64,000 nucleotides of DNA, taken from the NCBI GenBank assembly GCA_964016885.1, contig OZ024747.1, forward strand, positions 49,724,001 through 49,788,000. Reading direction: 5' to 3'. Positions 24,531 to 38,524 of this stretch are shown here, piece after piece. Under the pieces are notes generated by a model. It saw only the letters and a list, made by a program, of their open reading frames with translations. It was not told the origin of the DNA and did not search any database. A program made the translations under genes and the position numbers. The DNA comes from Eledone cirrhosa (taxonomy: Eukaryota). Within the stretch, counting starts at the first letter, position 1. The number at the start of each line of letters is the position of its first letter.

Positions 24531-24851
24531 TTCCAACATAATTTAATGTGAGAACATTTGTTAAATTAAGCTCTAAACACCCAATAAATAATGAGAAAGT
24601 TTATTACAAAATCCTTCCAGATTCTTGATTAATTTCAAAATTATTTGAAAACAACACTTTAGTGTCTTTCATTGAAAATATGGTAACAAAAGGGTTAATT
24701 ATTATTCCAATAATGGTAAGAGGCTTAAAAAGAATCTAATGTCTCTTTTATATTGAAATGAAATCAATGACAGAAGAATGATCCAGAAAAATATTTATTT
24801 GGTTAAAATTGTCAACATGTGACAGAGGAGAGGAGATCTTTAATAGCTTCT

Positions 24852-25152
24852 ATGGTGGTGGTGATGGTGGTGGTGGTAGTGGTAGTGGTGGTGGTGGTAG
24901 TGGTGGTGGAGGTGGTGGTGGTGGTGATGGTGGTGGTAGTAGTTGAGTTAGTGATAGTGGTGGTGGTGGTGGTGGTAGTGGTAGTAGTAGTGGTTGAGGT
25001 TGTGGTAGTGGTGGTGGAGGTGGTGGTAGTGGTGGTAGTGGAAGTGGTAGTAGTGGTGGTGGTAGTGGTAGTAGTAGTGGTTGAGGTAGTTGTAGTGGTG
25101 GTGGTGGTGGTAGTGGCAGTAGTGGTTGTGGTAGTCGTAGTGATGGTGGTTA
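24852..25152. repeat. (GGT/AGT)n microsatellite
   Basis: Direct reading. Confidence 0.97.
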
Positions 25153-25249
25153 TTGTTTAATATAGATAGTAGAATGACAAATATGTAACAGATCGTGTGG
25201 TGATATCACAATATTATCTGCTGAGGTAATTATATATATATATATATAT

Positions 25250-25400
25250 TTACAGTCAGCTTCCTGATGATTTCTCGTGAATGAAACAGTTCTAGTTCCG
25301 TAGAAGCTTTTCTATATTAAACATTTATACTCTGCTATGTATTGAGTACCTTACTTACTTACTTACTGTGGTTACCCCCAATTCAACCCGGAATAACTAA
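25250..25400 (+). mobile_element. ~150-bp hammerhead-bearing, Penelope-like non-autonomous element between (TA)n tracts
   Basis: Same family at 41877-42010 (+) and 49083-49272; contains a hammerhead core; flanked by (TA)n on both sides. Confidence 0.7.
25258..25308 (+). ncRNA. Minimal type I hammerhead ribozyme
   Basis: agcttc-CTGATGA-t ttc tcgt gaa t-GAAA-cagttctagttccg-TA-gaagct: perfect 6-bp stem I, short stem II, GUA cleavage triplet at 25300-25302; stem III is weak. Confidence 0.75.
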
Positions 25401-25423
25401 TATATATATATATATATATATAT

Positions 25424-27504
25424 ATCATCATCATCATCATCTTCGTTTAACGTCCATTTTCCACGCTAGCATAGGTTAGACGGGAGTTGTCCCACTTGAG
25501 GCAAGGTTGGTCGGGTGACCATGTCTCGCTCATATAGGACTATCTGGCAGGTTTTCTACGGCTGGATGCCCTTCCTAACACCAACACATTTACAGTGTGG
25601 AACTGGGAACTTTTTACCGTGTTACCTACATGGCCACATTACAGAGTGCACTGTGTGTGTTTTTTTCTTGTGACACCTACATGATCTCGATCTCATTATC
25701 TCGTGCTGTTGGTGGGAGTGGGAGGATAGGGTAGGGGTAGTGGATTGGGGTGTATATTTGGTTAAGAGGTGCCTACTGACTGTAGGTTTCGCTTTGTACA
25801 TAGGCAAGGCAGGTCTTCTGTATTACTGCGTAGCGCCAAAGATCTCGGTCCAGTGACATTGTCTTAGAGAGGTGCAAGTGTGTAAGGTCGGAATTTATCA
25901 GATCGTCCCAGGTTTTTCTGGGTCTACCTACTCCGTAACTACCATCAATTTTGATCGCCCTGCACTTTTTTATATAGCTGTCGTCTTTCATGCACATCAC
26001 GTGGCCATACCAATGTAGTCTTCTCTCGAGTAAACAGCATCTGATCCCTCTTATTCCTAATTTCTCACTTAGTTCGTTTATGCTTTGCCATTCACGTATA
26101 TTACAATACACATCCAACGGAGCATGCATGCTTTGTTCCTTTCCAGTCTACGCAGGTCCTCTGCACGCAATGCCCATGTTTCACTGCCATGTAGCATCAT
26201 ACAATCTTCCTTTCATTTTTAGAGAGAAACTTTTTGTGGCCAACAGCGGTATAAGCTCTCTGAACTTTTTCCATCCTATTCTGACTCTGGCTACTGTACT
26301 TTCAGAACACCCTCCACCACTGCTGATTTCGTCACCCAGGTAACGGAAAGTGTCTACTATTTCTATAGAACCATCTGGGCAATAGAAGGGGCTAGTATCC
26401 TGTGGACACTTGCTACCTATTGCACCTGAGCATCGGCCACATATAAAGTCTACGTTCTTAGATAGTTTACCTGTGATCCCACTACATCTTTTATGTACCC
26501 ATACTTTGCATTTGGGACATAAAATTGAATTTCTGCCTATTCCTTTCCTACACACTGAGCAAGGCCATTTCCCTGAGGGTACCTGTGCTTTATTTTCCTT
26601 TCTACAAACTAGGACTTTAGTCTTAGACAAGTTAACTTTAAGGCCTTTGGATTCTAGGCCATGCTTCCATGTTTGGAATTTCTTTTCTAGTTCAGCCATT
26701 GATTCAGCTATGAGCGTTAGATCATCTGTGTATAGGAGTTCCCATGGGCAGCCAGTCTTGAACTCCTCTGTTATAGCCTGAAGGGCAATAATAAATAGGA
26801 GAGGGCTAAGGACAGAGCCTTGGTGAACACCAACTTTTACACTAAATTCTTCACAATATTCATTGTTAATTCTAACCTTACTGACTGTTTCTTTATACAT
26901 AGCTTGTATAGCTCTCACAAGCCATTCATCTACACCTAGTTTTCTAAGAGCCCACCAGATAATGGAGCGGGAGATTCTGTCAAAGGTTTTTTCCAGGTCT
27001 ACAAAAGCTAAATAGAGGGGTTTACTTTTAGCTAGGTACTTCTCTTGTAGTTGTCATACAAGGAAAAGAGCGTCTGTGGTACTTTTACCTGACACAAACC
27101 CAAATTGCATTTCATCTAGATCAATTCGCTCTCTCATTAGTTGCGCTATAACTCTTTCTGTGACCTTCATGACCTGGTCAACTAACTTAATGCCTCTATA
27201 GTTTCCCCTATCTAGAGCATCCCCTTTACCCTTGTAGCAGTTAATGATGATGCTGCTATGCCAGTCTTTTGGTATGACCCCATTCTGTATTACTTGGTTA
27301 ACTATACGGGTGACCATAGTATGTCCCACCATTCCAGATGCCTTCAACATCTCAGCAACTATCTCCGAAGGCCCAGCTGCCTTGCCTGTCTTCATATCTT
27401 TGATTGCCTTACTTATTATATTACCTTTAACTTGCACTGCTGGTCCTTCTATTGGATCGATTTGGGACAGACTATCTTTTTCCCACTAATTCTCTTCATT
27501 TAAT
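25424..27504 (-). mobile_element. RTE subfamily C, 5'-truncated (left arm of the head-to-head pair)
   Basis: ORFs 27054-27437, 26181-26918 and 25773-26129 cover RT, PHD-like finger and C-terminus; 3'UTR and (GAT)n tail. Confidence 0.95.
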
Positions 27505-29933
27505 TCAGGAGGAGAGTAAATTGGTGGTGGAACAATAAAGTGGAGGAAACAATCACGGCCAAAAAGCAAGCTTGGAAAGTATGGCAGGATGGGGAAAGTT
27601 GAGAACACTATCAAGCGGCCAGGAGAGAAGCTAGGAGACAAGTGTACCTTGCAAAAAGGGAAGCAGAGGTTAGAAAGTTCAAGCATGTTCTATGTGAGGA
27701 CCAAAAACGTGAGGTGTTCAGGATTGCTAGACAATGTATCAAGGAAAACCGTGATATTGTTGGGGAGAAGTGTGTCAGTAATGATAATGGTGTACTTGCC
27801 TTCACTGATACTGATAAGAAAGTAGCTTGGAAGTGTCACTACGAGAGACTATTAAATGAGGAGAATAAATGGGAAAAATCAATCCAATAGAAGGACCAGC
27901 GGTGCAAGTTAAAGGTAGTATAATAAGTAAGGCAATCAAGGATATGAAGACAGGCAAGGCAGCTGGGCATTCAGAGATAGTTGCTGAGATGTTGAAGGCA
28001 TCTGGAATGGTGGGACATACTACTATGGTCACCCGTATAGTAAACCAAGTAATACAGAATGGGGTCATACCAAAAGACTGGCGTAGCAGCATCATCATTA
28101 ACTGCTACAAGGGTAAAGGGGATTCTCTAGATAGGGGAAACTATAGAGGCATTAAGTTAGTTGACCAGGTCATGAAGGTCACAGAAAGAGTTATAGCGCA
28201 ACTAATGAGAGAGCGAATTGATCTAGATGAAATGCAGTTTGGGTTGTGTCAGGTAAAAGTACCACAGATGCTCTTTTCCTTGTACGACAACTGCAGGAGA
28301 AGTACCTAGCTAAAAGTAAACCCCTCTACTTAGCTTTTGTAGACCTGGAGAAAGCCTTTGACAGAGTCCCCCGCTACATTATCTGGTGAGCTCTTAGAAA
28401 ACTAGGTGTAGATGAATGGCTTGTGAGAGCTATACAAGCTATGTATAAAGAAACAGTCAGGAAGGTTAGAATTAACAATGAATATTGTGAAGAATTTAGT
28501 GTAAAAGTTGGTGTTCATCAAAGCTCTGTCCTTAGCACCCTCCTATTTATTATTGCCCTTCAGGCTATAACAGAGGAGTTCAAGACTGGCTGCCCATGGG
28601 AACTCCTATACGCAGATGATCTAACGCTCATAGCTGAATCAATGGCTGAACTAGAGAAGAAATTCCAAACATAGAAGCATGCCCTAGAATCAAAAGGCCT
28701 TAAAGTTAACTTGTCTAAAACTAAAGTTCTATTTTGTAGAAAGTAAAATAGGGTACAGGTGCCCTCAGGGAAAGGGCCATGCTCAGTGTGTAAGAAAGGA
28801 GTAGGCAGAAATTCCATTTTATGTCCCAAATGCAAAGTATGGATACATAAAAGATGTAGTGGGATCACAGGTAAACTATCTAAGAACGTAGACTTTATAT
28901 GTGGCCGATGCTCAGGTGCAGTAAGTAGCAAGTGTCCACAGGATACTAGCTCCTTCTATTGCCCAGATCGTTCTATAGAAATAGTAGACACTTTCCGTTA
29001 CCTGGGTGACAAAATCAGCAGTGGTGGAGGGTGTTCTGAAAGTACAGTAACCAGAGTCAGAACGGGATGGAAAAAGTTCAGAGAGCTTATACCGCTGTTG
29101 GCCACAAAAGGTTTCTCTCTAAAAATGAAAGGCAGGCTGTATGATGCCTGCATACGAACAGCAATGCTAGATGGCAGTGAGACATGGGCATTACGTGCAG
29201 AGGACCTGCGTAGACTGGAAAGGAACAAAGCATGCATGCTCCGTTGGATGTGTAATATACGTGAACGGCAAAGCATACATGAACTAAGTGAGAAATTAGG
29301 AATAAGAGGGATCAGATGCTGTTTACTTGAGAGAAGACTACGTTGGTATGGTCACGTGATGCGCATGAAAGACGACAGCTGTATAAAAAAGTCCAGCGTG
29401 ATCAAAATTGATGGTAGTAACGGAGTAGGTAGACCCAGAAAAACCTGGGATGATCTGATAAATTCCGACCTCACACACGTACATCTATCTAAGACAATGT
29501 CTCTGGACCGAGATCTTTGGCGCTACGCAGTAATACAGAAGACCTGCCTTGCCTATGTACAAAGCAAAACCTACAGTCAGTAGGCACCTCTTAACCAAAT
29601 ATACACCCCAATCCACTACCCCTACCCTATCCTCCCACTCCCACCAACAGCACAAGATAATGAGATCGAGATCGTGTATGTGTCACGAGAAAAAAGCACA
29701 CACAGTCCACGCTGTAATGTGGCCGTGTAGGTAACACGGTAAAAAGTTCCCAGTTCCACACTGTAAATGTGGTTGGTGTTAGGAAGGGCATCCAGCCGTA
29801 GAAAACCTGCCAGATAGTCTTATATGAGCGAGACACGGTCACCCGACCAACCTTGCCTCAAGTGGAACAACTCCCGTCTAACCCATGCTAAGGTGGAAAA
29901 TGGACGTTAAACGAAGATGATGATGATGATGAT
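27505..29933 (+). mobile_element. RTE subfamily C, 5'-truncated (right arm of the head-to-head pair)
   Basis: ORFs 27642, 27869, 28423 (LLYADDL) and 28759-29583; 3'UTR and (GAT)n tail. Confidence 0.95.
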
Positions 29934-30052
29934 ATATGTCTACCCTTCTTTCTCTCTCTCCCACCTAATCCCTTCCTCCTCTCACCACCATTCCATTGCA
30001 GTCAATATAATCATTTTCCACCATAATTAATTGGTAACTGAAATGGTTTGGT

Positions 30053-30156
30053 GACAGTCACCCGACCAACCTTGCCTCAAGTGGAACAACTCCCGTCTAA
30101 CCCATGCTAGAGTGGAAAATGGACGTTAAACGAAGATGATGATGATCATGATGATA
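30053..30156 (+). mobile_element. Second short copy of the RTE-C 3' terminus
   Basis: gtcacccgaccaaccttgcctcaagtggaacaactcccgtctaacc..aaacgaagatgat nearly duplicates 29838-29933. Confidence 0.85.
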
Positions 30157-30542
30157 TATATATACATACACATATAACATTTCAAAGGTTATACATGATA
30201 TATTGTCAAATGTCAACTAACATGATCTTTCTCATGTATAACAATTTGTTGCATTTTTATTTTACTTTTATGTTTGCTATTACAGCTGATGTTTATATTG
30301 TTGTTGTTATCATTGTTATTGTTGTTGTTGTTACTTCCTTCTTCCCTCTACAAATACAACATGCAAACTAATTTGATGCCACCATTCTGTAGGCAGTTGT
30401 TTTAGTTATTTATTTATGGATTGTTTAATATATTTATATGAACTTGTTTTTTTTCTAATACATTTAAACAGCAAGTCTTTTTTTTTCTTTAGCTTCAATA
30501 TATTTCTAACTTATTTCTGATATACAGATAGTTTTGTGTGTA

Positions 30543-30597
<55 letters not shown>

Positions 30598-30655
30598 GGT
30601 GTTGGATGCTTAAAGCGTCCGTATGCGGTAGGCCGTATGAGCACTCGATGCTCTC

Positions 30656-30914
30656 ATATCACAAAAAAAAGAGAATCAGTGTTGCGACGAATGGAATTTA
30701 TTGGACATATTACAATCGTTTCTCTGGTAACCAGCAGATTTTCCTAGGAAAATCTGGCTTGGAGAATCAAGACGTATCTGAGGAACTTGCAATTTTCAGA
30801 GTCAGGTTCAATCATCACATCGATCATGCCTTGAGCTGGTCGCCAGAGAAACGATTGTAATATATCCAATAAATTCCATTTGTCGCAACACTGATTCTCT
30901 TTTTTTCTGTGATA
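30656..30914. mobile_element. Element with ~80-bp terminal inverted repeats (Penelope-like inverted pLTR or MITE)
   Basis: 30656-30735 is the reverse complement of 30835-30914 with few mismatches. It contains CTGAGGA (30778-30784) and GAAAcgattGTA followed by aataaa. Confidence 0.75.
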
Positions 30915-30917
30915 TAT

Positions 30918-32110
30918 ATATCATCATCATCATCATCATCATTTTACGCCCGCTCTTCCCTGCTCGCAAGGGTGGGACGGGTCTTATTCAGCGCAGCATC
31001 TCTCCACTCGTCACGGTCCTTCGTCATCTCCACCGTGAGCTTCAACGATCTGAGGTCTATTCTCACCACCTCCGCCCATGTTTTTCGTGGTTTACCTCTA
31101 CCACATCTTTCTTCAACTGGCATTTCCTGGCACTTCTTCACCCATCGGTCATCCTCCATGCACATCACATGTCCATACCACCTCAGTCTCCTCTCCCGTA
31201 CACTACATTCTATCCCTCTCAGACACAGTTTCTCTCTCAACACATTCATGCTGGGTCGTTCACGCACATTTACACTGCACATCCAACGGAGCATGCTTGC
31301 CTCATTTCTCTCCAGCCATCGCATATCCCCTGCAGTTGCTGCCCATGTCTCACTACCATGCAGCATCGCGCTCCTCAGACAGGCATCATACAACCGGCCT
31401 TTCGTACGCAGGGAGAAACCCTTCTTCGTCAGCAGAGGAAGCAGCTCCCTAAACTTCTTCCAACCCGTCCTTATTCTAGATACTATGGCCTTGGAACACC
31501 CTCCTCCCATGCTAATCTGATCTCCTAGGTACCGGAAGCTATCCACCACTTCTATAGCACCCTCCTGCATTTGAAAAATGTGCGTATCAATGCGACTTCT
31601 ACTGTCTAATTTCCCTGTACATCTACTGCATACATATTTCTCCCGACCTGTTAGTTTGCCTGCTATCCCGTTACATCTCTTGTGTACCCAGGATCTGCAT
31701 TGTGTGCATTTTATAGAATTTATGCCAGTTCCTTTTCTGCATATCAAACATGGCCATTTCCCTGACGGAATCAGAGTTTTGTCCTCTCTTCTACTCATCA
31801 ACACTTTTGTCTTACCTAGGTTCACTCTAAGTCCTCTTCCAACTGCTGTTTCCATAGCCAGAATTTATTCTCTAGCTCCTCTACTGATTCTGCTATAAGA
31901 ACCAGATCGTCAGCATAGAGAAGTTCCCATGGACAGCCAGTCTTAAACTCCTCTGTTATGGCTTGGAGGACTATAATGAACAAGAGCGGGCTGAGGACCA
32001 AACCTTGATGTACTCCTACTTGTATCTGGAATTCCTCACTAAACTCCATTCCTACCCTGACTTTACTGAGAGTACCTCTGTACAAAGTTTGCACTGTCCT
32101 CACAAGCCAG
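30918..32110 (-). mobile_element. RTE subfamily B, 5'-truncated
   Basis: ORFs 31822-32103 (LLYADDL) and 30944-31855; (GAT)n tail. Confidence 0.95.
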
Positions 32111-32292
32111 TTAAGTGTTAAAATATTAAGGCATGTTAAAGTATATTTAGCTCTGGTTTTGTATTTTCGAACATAGAAGACGGTATTATGTGTGTGTGTG
32201 TGTGTGTGTGTGCGTATGTGTCTGTGTGGATGGTTAGCATGTTATGGTGTTAACATATTAATATATATTAAACTATATTTAATGCTGGTATA

Positions 32293-32640
32293 TCATCATC
32301 ATCATCATCATTTTACGTCCGCTTTTCCCTGCTTGCAAGGGTGGGATGGGAACTGATTCTGGCTTGATTTCTACAGCTGGATGCCCTTCCTAACATCAAC
32401 CTCATTTACAATGAGTGCTGGGTGCTCTTTTGCCTTTTGCCGTGGCACCTCCACGACCACTTTGCAGTGGAATGATAAAGACCCCAGTCCTATCATCTCA
32501 TTTCTACAGCTGAGTAAACTGGCGCAATGTGAAATAAAGTGTCTTGCTCAAGGAAACAACACATCACCCGGTCTGAGAATTGAACTCACAACCTTTCGAT
32601 TGCAAGGCCAATGCTCTAACCACTAAGCCATGTGCCTCCA
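32293..32640 (-). mobile_element. tRNA-head SINE with RTE-derived 3' half
   Basis: Homologous to 18088-18475. Confidence 0.88.
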
Positions 32641-32859
32641 TATATATTTTTAAATAAATATATTTTCCTTATTTATTCGTATTTGGTCTGTTGTATTGTC
32701 AGTGCAAAGATAAAATGGGAAGACTTGGAATTTGGGTGTCTTATAACTTGTGCATATGTCTAGATGTGCACTGAGTAGTATCTGTCTTGTGGTAGGGTCT
32801 CGTAATTGTTGGTGATGAATTGTCATCCTGTTTCTGAGCGTGAGTTTAGTTTGCCCTAT

Positions 32860-33577
32860 ACAATTTCCATTGCATCCTTTACATTACCTTGGCAGCAATA
32901 TGAAGCACATATGTGGGCTTCTTTACTTACCTTGGTATCAAGATGAACCACTCTGCATCCCTGGACGATAAAATTGCTAATTGCATCACCGCCTAGAGGT
33001 ATACCCCTGAAAACAAAAGTTGCAGTTTATCGTGCAGTGACACTGACAACACTCTTGTATGGCTCAGAGTCATGGACACTTTACTGCACTCACATACATA
33101 AGCTTGATGTCTTCCACAAACACTGTCTTCGCTCTGTCTATGGATATGCACTTTCTGATATTCATTTCTGATGCAATGCCAACTCAGATAGGCTTGTCAT
33201 CTCCTACAGATGTCTGAGGACCGCACACCTAAGGTACTGTTGTACAGTCAGCTCTAGGATGGTGTGCATAATGTGGGCAGGCCACTACTCTGATATAAGG
33301 ACAAACTGATTGGCAACCGTAAAAGATGGAGAACCATCTGCCACGAAGGTATAAAGAATTTTGAGAAATCTCGTTTAGCCCATCTCTGTCAGATAAGATC
33401 TGAGACCAGCGTCTAGTTAGTCATTCCAGCCTGCTCTGTTCAAGATCCTGTCACCTGCACCAAATGCGGATTGATGTGCAAATCAGTAGCTGGATTGAAG
33501 TGGCATTTGAGGCATAAACATAAAACAATGAACTGAAAAGACTGTTGAATTCTCATACGTCAAATGGACGGGAGAGT

Positions 33578-33585
<8 letters not shown>
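32860..33585 (+). mobile_element. BovB-like RTE 3' fragment
   Basis: Encodes KTKVAVYRAVTLTTLLYGSESWTLY..LDVFHKHCLR, plus a terminal C2H2 motif CTKCGLMCKSVAGLKWHLRHKH. Confidence 0.8.
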
Positions 33586-33608
<23 letters not shown>

Positions 33609-33780
33609 GCAAAAGTTTTATTTAAAATTGTTGGGTTACACCGAGTAAATATTTTATAACTGATATAAAAGCACTCAACAGGTTTTGGAGTAGGTTTACG
33701 ATATTAAACAAATGGAAACTATATATATATATATATTAAAATACAAATATTAATAAAATAGATGTTCTTTTGATCAATTA

Positions 33781-33835
33781 CATTTTATTATACATATTTC
33801 GGATGTACAACATTACGTCCTCATCAGACAAAATA
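33781..33835 (-). ncRNA. Minimal type I hammerhead ribozyme
   Basis: Minus strand: attttgt-CTGATGA-ggacgta atgttg tacatcc-GAAA-tatgta-TA-ataaaat. Stem I 7 bp (1 G-U), stem II 6/7 bp, short quasi-palindromic stem III. Confidence 0.78.
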
Positions 33836-34654
33836 TAATGATACATGACATACCCTGAGATGTTAAATGGTTAAGATTTAATCAAGGTAGTGATTAACCT
33901 AAGAAAAAATTTAACATTTATACCCTAATAATGAGAAAATGCGAAAACGTAATAAATTCAATAGAGAATGTGTGAGTAAGAAAAACGTTGTTTAATGTGA
34001 CAGCTATAGAGATTTTAAAATGTATGATACTACAATTTATGTTTATCTAGGAAAACATCTCATGAATTATAACAGTCAATGAGAGCCACTGAAATAAGAT
34101 TTATAGAGAGGGAAAGATAAGGGGGGTAATATGCAGAAGGAGATTTTTTTTTTGTAAGTTAAACGGTTAAGTTTGAAAATATTTAATTTATGGTATTTTA
34201 AGGTGAAGAATCAAGATTTTAGGTTTTTTTTAAAAATTGCTGGTTACTTATATTTATTAGTTTTGTAAATTCTATAAGTGTGTTAACATTTCTAAACTTC
34301 TGAATTTTATGAGGATAACATTTAAAGGATTTAGCTGGCCAGCGAAAAGGAAGGTTTACACTGTTGAATATTCTCCTAAATGTAAACTTTAACGAAGATA
34401 ATCAATGTCAACATATTCGGTATGTAAAGCTTATGAAGTACTTATTGTTAGAAATATTTAAATAACGATTATGTATATAGATATATATTAACTCTGGAAA
34501 ATAATTTTCCGTAAAGTGCTTCCAATCTAGTGTAAAACTCATTCTTTGATATACTCATTGAATATTGTTTAACTTTTAATATATATATATATATATATAT
34601 ATTAAAGAGTATATTCTTTGATATACTCATTGAATCTTGTTTAACTCTTTAATC

Positions 34655-34732
34655 TTGAGGCTGTGAGTTCGATTCCTGGACCGGGTGATGCGTTATGTCC
34701 TTGAGCAAGACACTTTATTTCGCGTTGCTCCT
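34655..34732 (+). mobile_element. SINE head fragment
   Basis: gtgagttcgattcc (B box) followed by ..ccttgagcaagacactttatttcgcgttgctcc. Confidence 0.7.
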
Positions 34733-34895
34733 TCTACCTGGAGTTGCGACCGATAGAAAGTACTAGCAACTGGAAAGACTGACGGAAACATTGTTTCCTC
34801 GGTCCGATTTGACGAAAGTCGATCGATCCTTTAAATATATATATATATATATATATATATGAAAAGTGTAATTTACTACACAAAACGAAGGTTAT

Positions 34896-35597
34896 AGAGA
34901 AAATTGAGGTTGGTAATGGCACATGGAATATATAAGAGACAGAATACTTTTTTGTGAAAAAACATATAATTTTATAAGGTAAGGAAATAATAAAGGGTAT
35001 AAAAAATGACCGGTTTCGATGGGTCTGCAAAAGCCATCTTTTCAAATGTTGATTAATATTAAGAAAAATTAATAATAAGAAGAGTTAAAATTTGAGATTT
35101 GAAAATTCAAGTATAAAATTCATTGTGGGATTTCATAGTAGTTTTCATCTTGGTAGCAGCTAGTTGACTGCTGTGTGCCTTTCTGGTAGTGAATGAGAAG
35201 TTATTTGGGGGTGTGGGTTATTTTATAAAGGTCAGATTTAGCAATGGCCAGATGGCCAGCTGCTGGTCAGTGAGGGGGTGGAAGCAATATACATACATAT
35301 ATCTCCCTACATACACTCTATGTGTGTGTATGTGCATATATGTGTGTGTGTATGTGTGTATGTATATGTATGTGTGTGTGTATGTATGTGTGTATATGTA
35401 TATATATATATATATATATGTGTGTATGTATATGTATATGTATGTATGTGTGGATGAAGGTATGTGTGTATATATAGGTGTAAGTGCACTAAATCCATTT
35501 CTATCAATCTCCCCTCTCCTACCTTATAAAATTATATGTTTTTTCACAAAAAAGTATTCTGTCTCTTATATATTCCATGTGCCATTACCAACCTCAA

Positions 35598-35605
<8 letters not shown>
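34896..35605. mobile_element. Element bounded by 86-bp inverted repeats, with an adjacent degenerate hammerhead (Penelope-like)
   Basis: 34896-34981 is the reverse complement of 35520-35605. Minus strand 35003-35050 reads TTGAAAA-gatgg..ccatc-GAAAccggTC. Confidence 0.7.
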
Positions 35606-35680
<75 letters not shown>

Positions 35681-35989
35681 TATATACATATCCACACACA
35701 CACACATATATATATATATACACAGACACACACACACACATATATATATACACACTCTCCTATATGAGCATGAAACAGTTACCAACCCAACTTGCCTATA
35801 AATGGGACAAACCCATACTAGTGAGGAAGATAGACGTCAATCAATGATGATGATGACACATGTATATTTATGCTCGTTTTCTCACAAATTCAGCATAAAA
35901 TAAATTGCTTCAGACATAAGTGTGATTTGAACAGAAGTCTGGTGCATGTTTTAATATTTATTAATATACTAGTTATGATAGATTTATGT

Positions 35990-36290
35990 CATCTGAGTAT
36001 TTCAGCACTGAGACATTCTTTAAGTTGGCATCTATGTCATTAACACATGCAACAAACAAAAGGGGACTAAGAACAGATCCCTGTGGTATGCCAGATATCA
36101 TCTCATAGGGTGAAGAAACTTGTCTTAGAACCATGACTACTTTTTTTCAACTGAGAATGAAGGACTTCAACCAGTTATAAAGATCCTCTTTCAAACCCAT
36201 TGCAGAGAGTTTTGTCATAAGTCTTTTGTGTGGCACAGAATTAAAAGCTCTAGAAAATTCAAGATAAATAACATCTGCCCCAGACATTAT
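35990..36290 (-). mobile_element. CR1-like RT fragment
   Basis: Minus strand encodes DVIYLEFSRAFNSVPHKRLMTKL..YNWLKSF..GIPQGSVLSP. Confidence 0.8.
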
Positions 36291-36719
36291 TACAACTCTG
36301 TTAATTCACAGCCATTGTATTTCTTTATAAATACAGCAATAGCAATGTGATGGGTGTTTCAGGTTATGAGTGGTAAGCAAGGGAGATAATCAACCTATGT
36401 CTGCAAGGAACGCAGATATAAAAGGATGCTGTTGATGATGATATAACACACAGACATAGCTCTTTCTACATTTTTGGCACTTCATTATAGTAACTGTTAC
36501 CAACTGAGACCACCAATAGTTTCCATAAATTTTAGTCATTATATTTTGATTATACAAATGGAAGTATGCATTCTTTCCTGCTTGAAAGTCTATAGTGAAA
36601 ATGAAAATATAAAGAAATACATAAGAAAAATTAAATGAATTAAATATTGATTTAGAAAACCATATTTCTCTGAATTATTTTGTTAGTTATGTATTCAGTG
36701 ATATGTATATGTGTATGCT

Positions 36720-38002
<1,283 letters not shown>

Positions 38003-38524
38003 ATTGATATTAAATATTATTCCAACAAATTAAATACCTCTTATATATATATACACACATACACACCCATATATATATACACACACATGTATGTAGATAT
38101 ATATGTATTCATTTTCTTGCATTTATTAACAATTTTATCAATTTCACTGTTATTTTCTCCAGTCCAGAGACATCAATTACCAACATTTTATTTATAAGGC
38201 TAAATAAATGCATAGAAACACTCACACACACACACACATACACACACACACATATGCACACATACACATACACACTCACCCATTCACTCATACAAACATC
38301 ACACACTTTCATTTATTATCTACCTACACATCTTTCTATATATAATACAAATACACTGTTCTACAGAAATATATATTCATATTTAAATACCCACCATTAT
38401 ATAAACACAGTCTACATATTCTTTTATTGTTTTACTAATTTCACTCATTTGACTGTAGCTATACTGTGATTTAGCCAATCATAAAGACTTCTGAGGTGAC
38501 TTAGTTCATGACTTTGATCCCTGA

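Noticed and set aside
24819-25160. Poly-Val ORF
   Set aside because: (GGT)n microsatellite.
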